Both the position numbers and the translations under genes were made by a program. A stretch of 32,000 nucleotides of DNA from Halomicronema hongdechloris C2206 (GTDB lineage Bacteria; Cyanobacteriota; Cyanobacteriia; Phormidesmidales; Phormidesmidaceae): NCBI RefSeq assembly GCF_002075285.3, contig NZ_CP021983.2, positions 1,080,001 to 1,112,000 on the forward strand, read 5' to 3'. Within the stretch, counting starts at the first letter, position 1. The number at the start of each line of letters is the position of its first letter. This document shows positions 17,251-26,140 of this stretch, piece by piece. The notes below the pieces were generated by a model. That model worked only from the letters and a program-made list of their open reading frames with translations, made no database searches and was not told the origin of the DNA.

Positions 17251-18678
17251 CTAGTTACCGATGGTGTGAATCTTGATGAAATTGGTGCCCTGAGAAATGC
17301 CAGCCGGAATGCCCCCCATGATTAACACTTTGTCGCCGGGGCTGGCATAGGTGCGATCGCAGAGATACTGATCCGCCTGCTGGGTCATGGCCTCGAAGCT
17401 GGTGGCCGGGGTATCCACCAAGATGGGTTTCACCCCCCAGACCAGATTCAGACGATGGTAGACCTTGACATTGGGAGTCAGGGCAATCACCGGTGCCCGC
17501 GGCCGCTCTCCCGCCGCGATCATGGCCGTGTAGCCACTGGCCGTAAAGCTGACGATACAGCGCAGGTCCAGCACCTTATCGATCACGTTCAGAGCCTCAC
17601 TGAGGGCATGGGTCTCATCGGTTTTGGCCGGCGGGTTATTGACAAACTCCAACTCCGGCTCAATGTCGGCGGCAATGCGCCCCAACATCTGCACCGACTC
17701 CACCGGGAACGCCCCCACCGCCGACTCTCCCGACAGCATTACCGCATCGGTGCCGTCGATGATGGCATTGGCCACATCGCTAGCTTCGGCCCGGGTGGGC
17801 CGTGGATTATGGATCATGCTGTCCAGCATCTGGGTGGCGGTAATCACCGGCAGTTTCCGCAAGTTACAAGCGCGAATGATGCGCTTCTGCAGCATCGGCA
17901 CCTTTTCCGCCCGCATCTCCACCCCCAGGTCTCCCCGGGCCACCATCACCGCATCACAGACCGCTAGAATCGCCTCGAGATTGGCAATGGCCTGGGGTTT
18001 TTCGATCTTAGCCAGCACCGGCACATCGGCAGCCCCATGGGTTGCCAGCAGCTGTTTGAGGGCCTGCACATCCTCGGCTCGCCGCACAAAGCTTAACGAC
18101 ACCATATCCACCCCCTGGCTCAGCCCAAACTTCAGATCCTCCCGGTCTTTAGCCGTCAGCGAGGGTAACCGCAGAGTCAAATCCGGCAAGTTCACCCCCT
18201 TGCGACTGCGCAACGGGCCGCCCTGGATCACCCGACAATGGACTGCTGGCGGCTCAACTGCCTCGATCTGTAACTCCAGCAACCCATCATCCAAGAGAAT
18301 CGTCATACCCGGACGGGCATCGGCGGCCAAATGGGGATAGTCGATGGTGACCTGGTTGAGCCCCGTGGCATGATCCGACGGCAACAGGGTCAAGCGCTTG
18401 CCGGCAGCTAGCTGCATCCCATCCTCGGCCAGGGCACCGACGCGAATCTTGGGACCCTGCAGATCTTGCAAGAGGGTAATCGGAGTATCGTGCTCTTGGG
18501 CCACCTGGCGCAGCAGACGGATGCGCTGAGCATGATCGTCATAGGACCCATGGGAGAAGTTGAGCCGAGCCACACTCATGCCGGCTCGAATCATGTGTTG
18601 AATGGTGTCCCGGGAGCTGCTGGCCGGACCGATGGTGGCAACGATCTTAGTGCGATGGGGCAACAGATGCATGGGCAA
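17251..18678 (-). CDS. pyk: Pyruvate kinase
   Basis: 475 aa. [37 protein letters not shown] and [10 protein letters not shown] are canonical pyruvate kinase motifs. Confidence 0.95.
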   Translation of the reverse strand: MPMHLLPHRTKIVATIGPASSSRDTIQHMIRAGMSVARLNFSHGSYDDHAQRIRLLRQVAQEHDTPITLLQDLQGPKIRVGALAEDGMQLAAGKRLTLLPSDHATGLNQVTIDYPHLAADARPGMTILLDDGLLELQIEAVEPPAVHCRVIQGGPLRSRKGVNLPDLTLRLPSLTAKDREDLKFGLSQGVDMVSLSFVRRAEDVQALKQLLATHGAADVPVLAKIEKPQAIANLEAILAVCDAVMVARGDLGVEMRAEKVPMLQKRIIRACNLRKLPVITATQMLDSMIHNPRPTRAEASDVANAIIDGTDAVMLSGESAVGAFPVESVQMLGRIAADIEPELEFVNNPPAKTDETHALSEALNVIDKVLDLRCIVSFTASGYTAMIAAGERPRAPVIALTPNVKVYHRLNLVWGVKPILVDTPATSFEAMTQQADQYLCDRTYASPGDKVLIMGGIPAGISQGTNFIKIHTIGN

Positions 18679-18936
18679 GGGATGGCCTCAGAGGACATTT
18701 GAAAACTCGGCTGAAAGGCCTGTAAGGCAGGCGTTTTAGAGTGTATGGCTCTGTTGGCCAGAATCCAGTCTGGAGCAAGGTTGCAGGGTACTTTCCAAAT
18801 ATCCTCTCAGCCAGATGGATCGCTACCAGTATAGGCACTCTCCTTAGGATTGCCTGTCGTGAGTCCAACCTAACGAAATAGCACAACTTCCTTAGCTGCG
18901 AGTCACCGCCGCTAGGCTGGGGCCAACCAGTGCCCT

Positions 18937-20370
18937 TCAATCCAACAGCGACTGCAATTCTTGCCGTAGGTGCTCTGTGGTGGCATCACTGTCCAGCTGA
19001 TGCAGCAGTTCCTGCAAGGTCTGGCGAATCCCCTGGGGGCCCCAACTGCCCCCGCGCTCTAAATACTGCTGCGCAGCCTTGCCAACGGCATAGGTACCAT
19101 AGCCGGCGGCACTGGCCTGAGCCACCATGGCCCCGGCCCAGGCCGTCAGCCCGGCAGAGCTGTCAAACACACTGGTCACCGCCCCGGCGCTCTTGCCTAC
19201 CCCCAGCAGCAAGCCACTGCCCAATTCACTCAACAGCACGACCCCACTGCTGCGCACAATGGCCTGCCACAGCCGCCCGGCTTCGTAGTTGGTCATGGAC
19301 AACCCATAGAGGCGAGCCAGGGAACGAATCAAGATCAAATCCGACATTACTCCACCCAGCACATCCAGGACAGCAATGGGGTTGAGGGCCACCGCCAGCG
19401 CCTTATACTTGGCAAACTGCCAAATCAGCTGCTCCGCAGCGGGCTGATGCAAGGCCATGGCCGTCTTTACCATCTTCGTCTCCAGGGACTGGGCCTGGCC
19501 TAAGGCATTGAGGGCCAGGAGAGCCGGGCCGTGATGCTGCACCAGGGTGAGAATGGCCTGCCGCAACGGCGCGATCTGAGGCGGCGGGGATTCCCACTCG
19601 TGGCTGCTGTGGCCATCGGGCCATTCCACCCGTACCTGCAGAGGAGCCGGTTCTGCGGCCACCATCACCACCTGCTCTAGCCCCAGGGCCAGCGGCGCCT
19701 CAGCCTGCGACTGCTGCCACAGGCGCCGCAGGGCATCGTAGACGGCTTGGCGATCCATCTCTGGATACAGATCGGTTTTGTTGAACACCAGCAGGATTGG
19801 CTTATGGGAAGCCTGCAGCATCGTCAGGGCCTGGTACTCGGTGCGAGTAATGTCTCCAGACACCACGAACAGGATCAAATCGGCTTGGCTGGCAATGGTC
19901 TGGGCCATGTCGGCGCGCTCCTGCCCATCGACCTCATCCAGCCCGGGGGTATCGATCAGCTCGATTTGCATGGGCAGGTTGGTTGAATGCACGGTTTCAA
20001 CCGGCGGTGACCAATAGACCGACCGCGGCCAGCGCGTCACCCCATGGAGAGGCCCCGTCTGCAGCACTGGCTGCCCTAACAGGGCATTGATGACTGCCGA
20101 TTTACCACGGCTGACCAGGCCAAACACAGCGACGGTTAGGGTGGGCTGTTCCAGCCGATTGGCCAGGGTCGTCAGCTGCTCAATCCCGGTCTTGATGGTG
20201 GCCTGCCGTTGCCGGGCCGTCGCCTCACCCTGCGGTTGTTGAATATGCTCCTGATAGCGCCGGGCCGTCTGCCGCAGACTCTGCTGCACACGAGTCAACC
20301 AGGGAGTTTTGGTCCCTGAGGCAAGGGACTCAGAGCCATGGGACGGCCAGGAAGGAGGAGAGACAGACAA
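18937..20370 (-). CDS. GTP-binding protein with C-terminal DUF697-like membrane-associated domain
   Basis: 477 aa. G1 is FGLVSRGKSAV, G3 is IDTPGLDE and G4 is FNKTD. The C-terminal region (ALNPIAVLDVLGGVMSDLILIRSLARLYGL...) is DUF697-like. There is no in-frame ATG near the 5' end, and the track start is a TTG. Confidence 0.8.
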   Translation of the reverse strand: MSVSPPSWPSHGSESLASGTKTPWLTRVQQSLRQTARRYQEHIQQPQGEATARQRQATIKTGIEQLTTLANRLEQPTLTVAVFGLVSRGKSAVINALLGQPVLQTGPLHGVTRWPRSVYWSPPVETVHSTNLPMQIELIDTPGLDEVDGQERADMAQTIASQADLILFVVSGDITRTEYQALTMLQASHKPILLVFNKTDLYPEMDRQAVYDALRRLWQQSQAEAPLALGLEQVVMVAAEPAPLQVRVEWPDGHSSHEWESPPPQIAPLRQAILTLVQHHGPALLALNALGQAQSLETKMVKTAMALHQPAAEQLIWQFAKYKALAVALNPIAVLDVLGGVMSDLILIRSLARLYGLSMTNYEAGRLWQAIVRSSGVVLLSELGSGLLLGVGKSAGAVTSVFDSSAGLTAWAGAMVAQASAAGYGTYAVGKAAQQYLERGGSWGPQGIRQTLQELLHQLDSDATTEHLRQELQSLLD

Positions 20371-20430
20371 CGGTTACTGAAACGTGGACATTGATGGCTT
20401 CTCTGCCATGAGTGTAGCCTCTGTTAGGCC

Positions 20431-20463
20431 AAGGCAGAAGGCAGAAGGCAGAAGGCAGAAGGG
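20431..20463. repeat. Heptamer tandem repeat (AAGGCAG) x4 plus a partial unit
   Basis: aaggcag aaggcag aaggcag aaggcag aaggg, in the 122-bp spacer between the two GTPase genes. This is an STRR-type repeat, common in cyanobacteria. Confidence 0.9.
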
Positions 20464-20492
20464 AAAATCCTGATAAATGTAGCCTTGCCGCT

Positions 20493-22013
20493 CTAGTCAG
20501 TAGAGGCGTTATCTTGGTCGCAGAGTAATGATTCTGGTAGGTTGATAGGCTCTGCCGATGCTGTTGCCAGAGCCACCGGAGTCGGAGCGGCGTCAGCTGG
20601 GCGATGTAATCGTGACAGCCCTTCTGCCACCAAATCCTTGAACCAGTCACTCTGCTGGCTCTGCTTCATGAGGGGGCGCAGTCTCTGGCTCAAACTTTGA
20701 ACCGAGAGCGGTGCAGCCTCTGAGCCTCGACCACTCTGCTCTTCGAAATGATCGATCAAACTCAGGCCAGCCAACCGGGTCAAATAGGCGGCACTGAGGC
20801 CCTGCACCACACCACCGGCCACATAGGTGGCGGCATGGCTTTTCAGGAAGCTGGTCAGGGCTTGGCTGGAGAGTTCTACTAGGCCCAATTGCACCGTCAG
20901 CTTGGCCAGAGTGGTAGCCGTGGCCTTGGCTTGCTGCCAAGAAAAGCCCTGTTGATAGATTCGTCCCAAGTCCATCACCAACTGCCCGTTAATGGCAGCA
21001 GTCGCCAGGACATCTAGGCTAGGTAGGGGATTGGCAAAGGCCGTAGCCGCCGCAATCCATTGCAACCGCTCCACCGTGGGCATGGCCCGTTGCCGCCGCA
21101 GCTGATTCAAATGGTCTCGCACTCGTCGTTGCAGCTGTTGCCCCTGGCGCATCGCCGTCGCCAAGACCAACTCCTGCTGCTGCTGCTGCACCAACTCCCT
21201 GAGGTGCTCTAGGAGGTCTGTGGTCTCAGGCTGAGGAGTTTCTAGCCATTCCTCTACCGAGCCATTGGGCTGGTGCCGCCGGACCTTCAACGGGCCAGGC
21301 TGGGCGGTCACGGCAACCACGGGGATGGTCTCTGGCAAGGACTGGCTGTGCTGGTGCAGTTGCTGCTGCATCGTGGCCCGATCCAGGGGGCCATATTGAT
21401 CCTGTTTGTTGAAGACCAGGACTAGCCTGTGGCCCAGCTGCTGATAGTGGCGCAGGCTGGCCAGGGCCGAGTCGGTTAAGTCGGTGGCAGTGACCCATAG
21501 GAGAATATCGGGGTCTTGCTCGGCAGGCAGAGTCGTGGTGCCTTCCTGCAACATTACAGTTGTCGCTAAAGACGGCAACCATGTCTCCGACAGGTGGTGA
21601 CGTAGGGTGCTCTTGCCCACGCCAGGATCCCCCAACAGGGCCAGGGTTAGGGTTTGGCGGTCTAGGTCTTCGGCCAGGGCAGTTCCCTGTTGCCGCAAGC
21701 CCTCGACCCTGCTCAACCATGGTCCCCGGTCCTCCGGGTCTAGATGCTCGCGAATCTCTGTGGTTAATGTGTCCAACTGCTCGGTTGTCAGAGCCAAGAG
21801 CCGATCGACAGCGGCTCGATCCACCGGAGACGAGGGCACGACTGGGCTCGATGGCTGCTGACGTCGCCGCCGCCACCACCACACCCCAGAGCCGACTCCC
21901 ATCAGCACCAGTAGGGTAGCGTGATCTGTCAGGCTGTCATGCAGCCCGTTTAAGAGCCCTAGGACAGCCGTCAGCCCCAGACCACCGATTAGAATAGGAC
22001 GGGTTAAAGTCAT
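20493..22013 (-). CDS. Paralogous GTPase-like protein with N-terminal TM helices, degenerate G3 motif and DUF697-like C-terminus
   Basis: G1 is LLGDPGVGKSTL and G4 is FNKQD, but there is no DxxG between them. The N-terminus has two hydrophobic helices followed by WWWRRRR. The C-terminal region (FANPLPSLDVLATAAINGQLVMDLGRIYQ...) is paralogous to the neighbouring gene. I prefer ATG 22013 over the TTG at 22046. Confidence 0.75.
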   Translation of the reverse strand: MTLTRPILIGGLGLTAVLGLLNGLHDSLTDHATLLVLMGVGSGVWWWRRRRQQPSSPVVPSSPVDRAAVDRLLALTTEQLDTLTTEIREHLDPEDRGPWLSRVEGLRQQGTALAEDLDRQTLTLALLGDPGVGKSTLRHHLSETWLPSLATTVMLQEGTTTLPAEQDPDILLWVTATDLTDSALASLRHYQQLGHRLVLVFNKQDQYGPLDRATMQQQLHQHSQSLPETIPVVAVTAQPGPLKVRRHQPNGSVEEWLETPQPETTDLLEHLRELVQQQQQELVLATAMRQGQQLQRRVRDHLNQLRRQRAMPTVERLQWIAAATAFANPLPSLDVLATAAINGQLVMDLGRIYQQGFSWQQAKATATTLAKLTVQLGLVELSSQALTSFLKSHAATYVAGGVVQGLSAAYLTRLAGLSLIDHFEEQSGRGSEAAPLSVQSLSQRLRPLMKQSQQSDWFKDLVAEGLSRLHRPADAAPTPVALATASAEPINLPESLLCDQDNASTD

Positions 22014-22401
22014 TACACACAGACGGCGAACCGACTGGATAGGCAACAGATATATAAACAGACACCGCTATCCTAAGCAGGACTGTACATCTTTCCCATT
22101 GTACCGATGACTGGTCCGTCTTATAGGGCTGCCATTAGGTGAACTTAAAATTCCTCGTATATCCAGCCCAACGAACTATGCTTTTTATATGCTTTTTAAT
22201 AGAGGCGTCGCGTTTGGGCACTGGTCTGGTCATGTAGGATGAACGCCGTTAAGCTTCATTGGGTAAGGGTTTTAAAAGTTCAGCGACCGATTGCCTCAAA
22301 CCTTGGCTGGGTGAACGTTTGGGTAGGCCATCCCACTTTTAGAAACCAGTGCCTAACTGTTCAGATAACACGAACTCGATAAGCTGGCACTCGCCCTCTC
22401 T

Positions 22402-22469
22402 GAATCTCACCAAGGAAGACCTCCTGCGATCCCAAGAATCTCACCAAGGAAGACCTCCTGCGATCCCAA
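22402..22469. repeat. Perfect tandem duplication of a 34-bp unit (GAATCTCACCAAGGAAGACCTCCTGCGATCCCAA x2)
   Basis: 22402-22435 equals 22436-22469 exactly. It is followed by a T-run and lies ~190 bp upstream of the SARP-like regulator, within a 600-bp AT-richer intergenic region. Confidence 0.9.
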
Positions 22470-22660
22470 TTTTTTGATGGAACTGTCAAATAGAGAAAGC
22501 TGTGAACAGACAATTTATCCGAGTTCCACATTTAGGATAAGTTAATATGCTCCTACAGCGCTCTGCGGATCGACGATACCGTAAAGGTATAGGCACGGTA
22601 GCGGTGATCGTGGCGCGAGGACTTCGCTGAGCGTCTCGAAACCACGGTCTCAAAAGCAAG

Positions 22661-25600
22661 GTGAGCCATACCCCAGACACCTGCCAAAAATCCACGGCAG
22701 GTTCTATCCTAAGCCTCAAATTGCTGGGCGATTTTCGCTTGGCGTACGCCAATGAACTGGTCACCAGCGTGCAGACTCCACGCTTGCAGTCGTTGTTGGC
22801 CCATCTGGTGCTGCATCGCCACGCTCCCCAGTCCCGTCAGCATCTGGCGGTTTGTATCTGGCCCGATTCCACCGATTCCCAGGCTCGCACCAACCTGCGC
22901 CGAGAACTCTACCATTTGCGTCAGGCCCTGCCAGATGCCAAAAAATTTCTAGACATCCGCCCCAATACACTGCAATGGCGCCCTGCTGATAGCCCCTTTC
23001 ACCTGGACGCAGCCGATTTTGAAGCAGCTGTAGCTCTAGCGCAGCAGACTCAGGATGTCGTTATCAGGCAGACCGCCCTCGAAAAAGCCATCAGCCTCTA
23101 TCAGGGAGACTTACTGCCGAGTTGCTACGACGATTGGATTATTCCAGAACGAAATCAGCTGCGGCAAACCTACGTCCATGCCCTGGATACCATGATTGAA
23201 TACTTACAAGAGCAGCGAGAGTATGGTGCCGCGATCGCCTATGCCCACCGCCGACTAACCCACGATCCCCTCTGTGAGGCGGCCTATCGTCGGCTGATGC
23301 AATTGCATGGGCTCAATGGCGATCGCGCCAGCGCTCTCCAGGTTTACCATCGCTGCGTCGAGGTGCTGGAAGCGAAGTTAGGCGTTGAGCCCAGTCCGGC
23401 GACCTGCGAGGTGGTTGAGCGGTTGCAGACGTGGGAGAGTAAGGCAAAAGATCAGAATCTTGATAATTCAAAATTCAAAATTCAAAATTCAAAATCCTTC
23501 CATCCCCCTCTCATTGGTCGCGAAACCGAATGTCGAACTCTCCGACATTGGCTAACGACTGAGAACACCGAGCAACTGCTGTTGCTGACGGGAGAGCCGG
23601 GGATTGGCAAGACACGGCTGCTGGATGAGTTGAGGGCTTCGGTGTTGGCGGCTCGGGGACAAGTGTTGCAGGGGCGTGGATTTGAGGCCGAAATGGTGCG
23701 TCCCTATGGAGCCTGGATTGATGCTCTGCGGAGCGGCCCGCAGGCTACCCACCGTGCCGCTCAAGCCGAAGCCGGGGACGGATTATCGGTGGCTTTGGAT
23801 CGGCTGCTGTCTACAGCAGGGAATGAACCAGAGGCCCTTAGCGATCGCGCTCAGCTGTTTGATGCGGTGGTGGAGCGGCTGTTGCGACTTGCCGCCGATT
23901 GTGGTTTGACGGTGGTGATTTTAGATGACCTTCAGTGGCTGGATGAGACCTCCATCGCCCTATTGCACTATGCCTCTCGATTATTGAGGGGCTCGCTGGT
24001 GCGGTTTGCCTGTGCTACTCGTCCCAGAGCCCTGGCGCAAAATGCCCCGGCGGCTGGATTTATCCAGGCCCTGCAGCGGGAACGCTGCCTCCAGAGTATC
24101 GACCTCGCGCCCCTGAATCGCGCCCACACAAGCGAACTCGCGCGGACGTTCCACAGCCCTGTGGATGAGGAGCGGCTGTTTCTCGACAGCGGCGGTAATC
24201 CTTTATTCGCACTCGAAATTGCCCGCTCTGCACATTCCGATTCTGCCGCTGGTCCTGGCAATCTGGAGGTGCTGATTCAGGCGCGATTGCAACAGCTCGA
24301 ACCTGCTGCCCGTGAACTCTTACCCTGGGCAGCGGCTCTGGGGCGCAGTTTTCGACTCACAACCCTAGCCCAGGTGGCGGATAATTCACCGATGGGTTTG
24401 CTGGCCGCGCTAGAGCAGTTAGAACAATACGGCATTATTCGACCTGGAACCGATTCAGACCCCGACTTTGAGGATGATATTGAGTATGACTTCGCCCACG
24501 ACATGGTGCGACAGGTGGCTTATCAGCGGCTTTCGCAACCCCGCCGCCGCTGGGTGCATTTACAGCTTGCCCAGGCTCTGGAGCATTTGTCTGGCAAAAC
24601 TGATACGCTAGCCGGTGAAATCGCTCACCATGCAGCTTTGGGGGGCAATCGCACCTTAGCTGCTGCCACTGCCTTACGAGCGGCCCAACGGTGTCTGCGC
24701 TTGTTTGCCTATGCTGAAGCCTCAAAACTGGCTCAGCGCGGGATCCAGCACTGCCAAAAGCTAAAGGATGAGCAGCGGGTGGCGTTGCATCTAGAACTGC
24801 TGGGGGTCTATGTGCTGGCTGGGGTGTCGAGAGCGCAAGTCCCTACTTTAGAACAGGAGCTGCAGGGCCTAATTGCCGAGGCTAAAACCCTGAAGCTCAA
24901 AGATACCGCTGCCATCGGACTAGAGGCGCTGATTGCCCTCAGCTATGACCACGGCGACCTGACGGGCGTCCACCAGCACTCTCTGCAGGCGGCAGAAACG
25001 GGGCGTTCTACCAGCCCAGCCATGACCGCTCGAACCTTGGCCAACAGCGGGTCTTGTCTGGCCGATATTGGTCGTGACATGCCTCAGGCCGAAGCCCTGC
25101 TGTTAGAGGCGCAATCCCTGGCAGCGAGGGTGGGCATCGAGCTGAGCGATATTCCCCATGGTTTAGGCTGTGTGCGCCGCTTCGCCGGAGATTGGGCTGA
25201 GGCCCGGCAGCTCTTAGCAACGGGATGGCAGCAGGCCCGTCGCGAGCAAGATCATTGGCGAGAATCAGTTTGTCTCCTGAATCTAGCTCTGGTGGAATTC
25301 GAAGCTGGTACTCCAGGGGCCGCTTTGCCTTACTGCCAGGAGATGGCAATCGTGGCTGACAAAATTGGTGGTGAAGGCAGTGAAGCCGCCTTTGCCGAGG
25401 GATTGAGCGCGCTAGCCCAATACCAGCTAGGACACACCGATGCAGCGGCCAGGCTGGAATCGGCCCTGACCACCCTGCGCCAGATTGACGCCAAGCGCAT
25501 GCTGGCCTTTGTGCTCACGGCAGCAGCGGAGAGCGATCTGCAGAGAGAACACCCCGAAACTGCTATTCCCAGAGCCGAAGAGGCCCTGCAAGTGGCCCAG

Positions 25601-25798
25601 ATTGTCGATTATCCCAGTTCCATTGCCCTGGCCTGGGCAGTTTTGATTAGAGCTACTGTAGGAATTGAGCCTGACTCTGCAAAGAGTCCAGCAGAACAAT
25701 TGCAGGCCTTGCATCGTGCTCTCGATGGCTCTCCCCTCAGTGCTCGGGCTCGTCGCGCAGTTGATAGCCTGAACCCAATGCTGGCAATTGAGGTTTGA
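22661..25798 (+). CDS. SARP/AfsR-like regulator: winged-helix + BTAD + P-loop NTPase (AAA_16-like) + TPR-like C-terminal region
   Basis: 1045 aa. The wHTH-BTAD part has LKLLGDFRL, TNLRRELYHLRQAL and AYRRLMQLHGLNGDRASALQVYHRCVEVLEAKLGVEPSP. Walker A is LTGEPGIGKTRL (GEPGIGKT at 23590-23613) and Walker B is VVILDDLQWLDETS. The C-terminal ~400 aa are helical repeats. The start is a GTG, so it is uncertain. Confidence 0.85.
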   Translation: MSHTPDTCQKSTAGSILSLKLLGDFRLAYANELVTSVQTPRLQSLLAHLVLHRHAPQSRQHLAVCIWPDSTDSQARTNLRRELYHLRQALPDAKKFLDIRPNTLQWRPADSPFHLDAADFEAAVALAQQTQDVVIRQTALEKAISLYQGDLLPSCYDDWIIPERNQLRQTYVHALDTMIEYLQEQREYGAAIAYAHRRLTHDPLCEAAYRRLMQLHGLNGDRASALQVYHRCVEVLEAKLGVEPSPATCEVVERLQTWESKAKDQNLDNSKFKIQNSKSFHPPLIGRETECRTLRHWLTTENTEQLLLLTGEPGIGKTRLLDELRASVLAARGQVLQGRGFEAEMVRPYGAWIDALRSGPQATHRAAQAEAGDGLSVALDRLLSTAGNEPEALSDRAQLFDAVVERLLRLAADCGLTVVILDDLQWLDETSIALLHYASRLLRGSLVRFACATRPRALAQNAPAAGFIQALQRERCLQSIDLAPLNRAHTSELARTFHSPVDEERLFLDSGGNPLFALEIARSAHSDSAAGPGNLEVLIQARLQQLEPAARELLPWAAALGRSFRLTTLAQVADNSPMGLLAALEQLEQYGIIRPGTDSDPDFEDDIEYDFAHDMVRQVAYQRLSQPRRRWVHLQLAQALEHLSGKTDTLAGEIAHHAALGGNRTLAAATALRAAQRCLRLFAYAEASKLAQRGIQHCQKLKDEQRVALHLELLGVYVLAGVSRAQVPTLEQELQGLIAEAKTLKLKDTAAIGLEALIALSYDHGDLTGVHQHSLQAAETGRSTSPAMTARTLANSGSCLADIGRDMPQAEALLLEAQSLAARVGIELSDIPHGLGCVRRFAGDWAEARQLLATGWQQARREQDHWRESVCLLNLALVEFEAGTPGAALPYCQEMAIVADKIGGEGSEAAFAEGLSALAQYQLGHTDAAARLESALTTLRQIDAKRMLAFVLTAAAESDLQREHPETAIPRAEEALQVAQIVDYPSSIALAWAVLIRATVGIEPDSAKSPAEQLQALHRALDGSPLSARARRAVDSLNPMLAIEV
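23467..23494 (+). repeat. Heptamer tandem repeat (TTCAAAA) x4 inside the regulator coding sequence
   Basis: It encodes NSKFKIQNSKS in the linker between the BTAD and the NTPase. It is AT-rich, unlike the surrounding gene. Confidence 0.9.
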
Positions 25799-25810
25799 CG
25801 GAGAACACCG

Positions 25811-26062
25811 ATGGTTCGTCTAGTGCTAGAAACGACTTACGATCCCCCTTTCACCGAAACCGATTGGGACAGCGCTAACCAGCGCCTGTTTCCTTGCCTA
25901 GAACTGCACAATGTCCGCTGGATTCGATCGCTGGTGTCGGGCGATCGCACCCGCAGCATCTGTGAATTCGAAGCCCCTGACGCTGAATCGGTGCGGCAGT
26001 CCTACCGGCAAGCACAGGTACCGTTTGGCCGCATCTGGGCCGCCGAGCTACAAGAACCCTGA
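25811..26062 (+). CDS. DUF4242-like small protein (copy 1)
   Basis: 83 aa. VRWIRSLVSGDRTRSICEFEAPDAESVRQSYRQAQVPFGRIW fits the DUF4242 pattern (W..SyVS.D..k..C.y.APd.EavR.ha..a..P...I). It starts 12 nt after the regulator stop, with GGAGA at 25800-25804. Confidence 0.7.
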   Translation: MVRLVLETTYDPPFTETDWDSANQRLFPCLELHNVRWIRSLVSGDRTRSICEFEAPDAESVRQSYRQAQVPFGRIWAAELQEP

Positions 26063-26140
26063 TTTTTGAGCAAACACTCTGCGAGTGCTTTTAGCTCGCT
26101 AATCTGAAACACCCTTTCATACTTCATCTATTTCCTTACA

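Noticed and set aside
17455-18340. Long plus-strand ORFs (170 and 238 aa) inside pyk
   Set aside because: They are antisense shadows of an unambiguous pyruvate kinase gene. The composition (Ser/Ala/Arg/Pro runs) is what the complement of GC3-rich codons produces.
18930-19385. 151-aa plus-strand ORF rich in Pro/Arg/Trp
   Set aside because: It is antisense to the GTPase-DUF697 gene, has low-complexity composition and has no start context.
21226-21919. 218-aa minus-strand alternative-frame ORF and 119/84-aa plus-strand ORFs inside the second GTPase gene
   Set aside because: They are off-frame or antisense to the frame that carries the P-loop, NKQD and DUF697-like motifs. They are Pro/Arg/Gly-rich shadows.
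22547-22630. 27-codon uORF (MLLQRSADRRYRKGIGTVAVIVARGLR) just upstream of the regulator
   Set aside because: There is no SD and no conservation information, and a short ORF in a 600-bp spacer is expected by chance. It is mentioned only as context.
22661-25798. Avs-type antiphage STAND NTPase
   Set aside because: The N-terminal module is a SARP DNA-binding head (wHTH + BTAD), not a nuclease, protease, TIR or other killing effector. The neighbouring Uma2 gene looks like an independent insertion. I cannot support a defence call from sequence alone.
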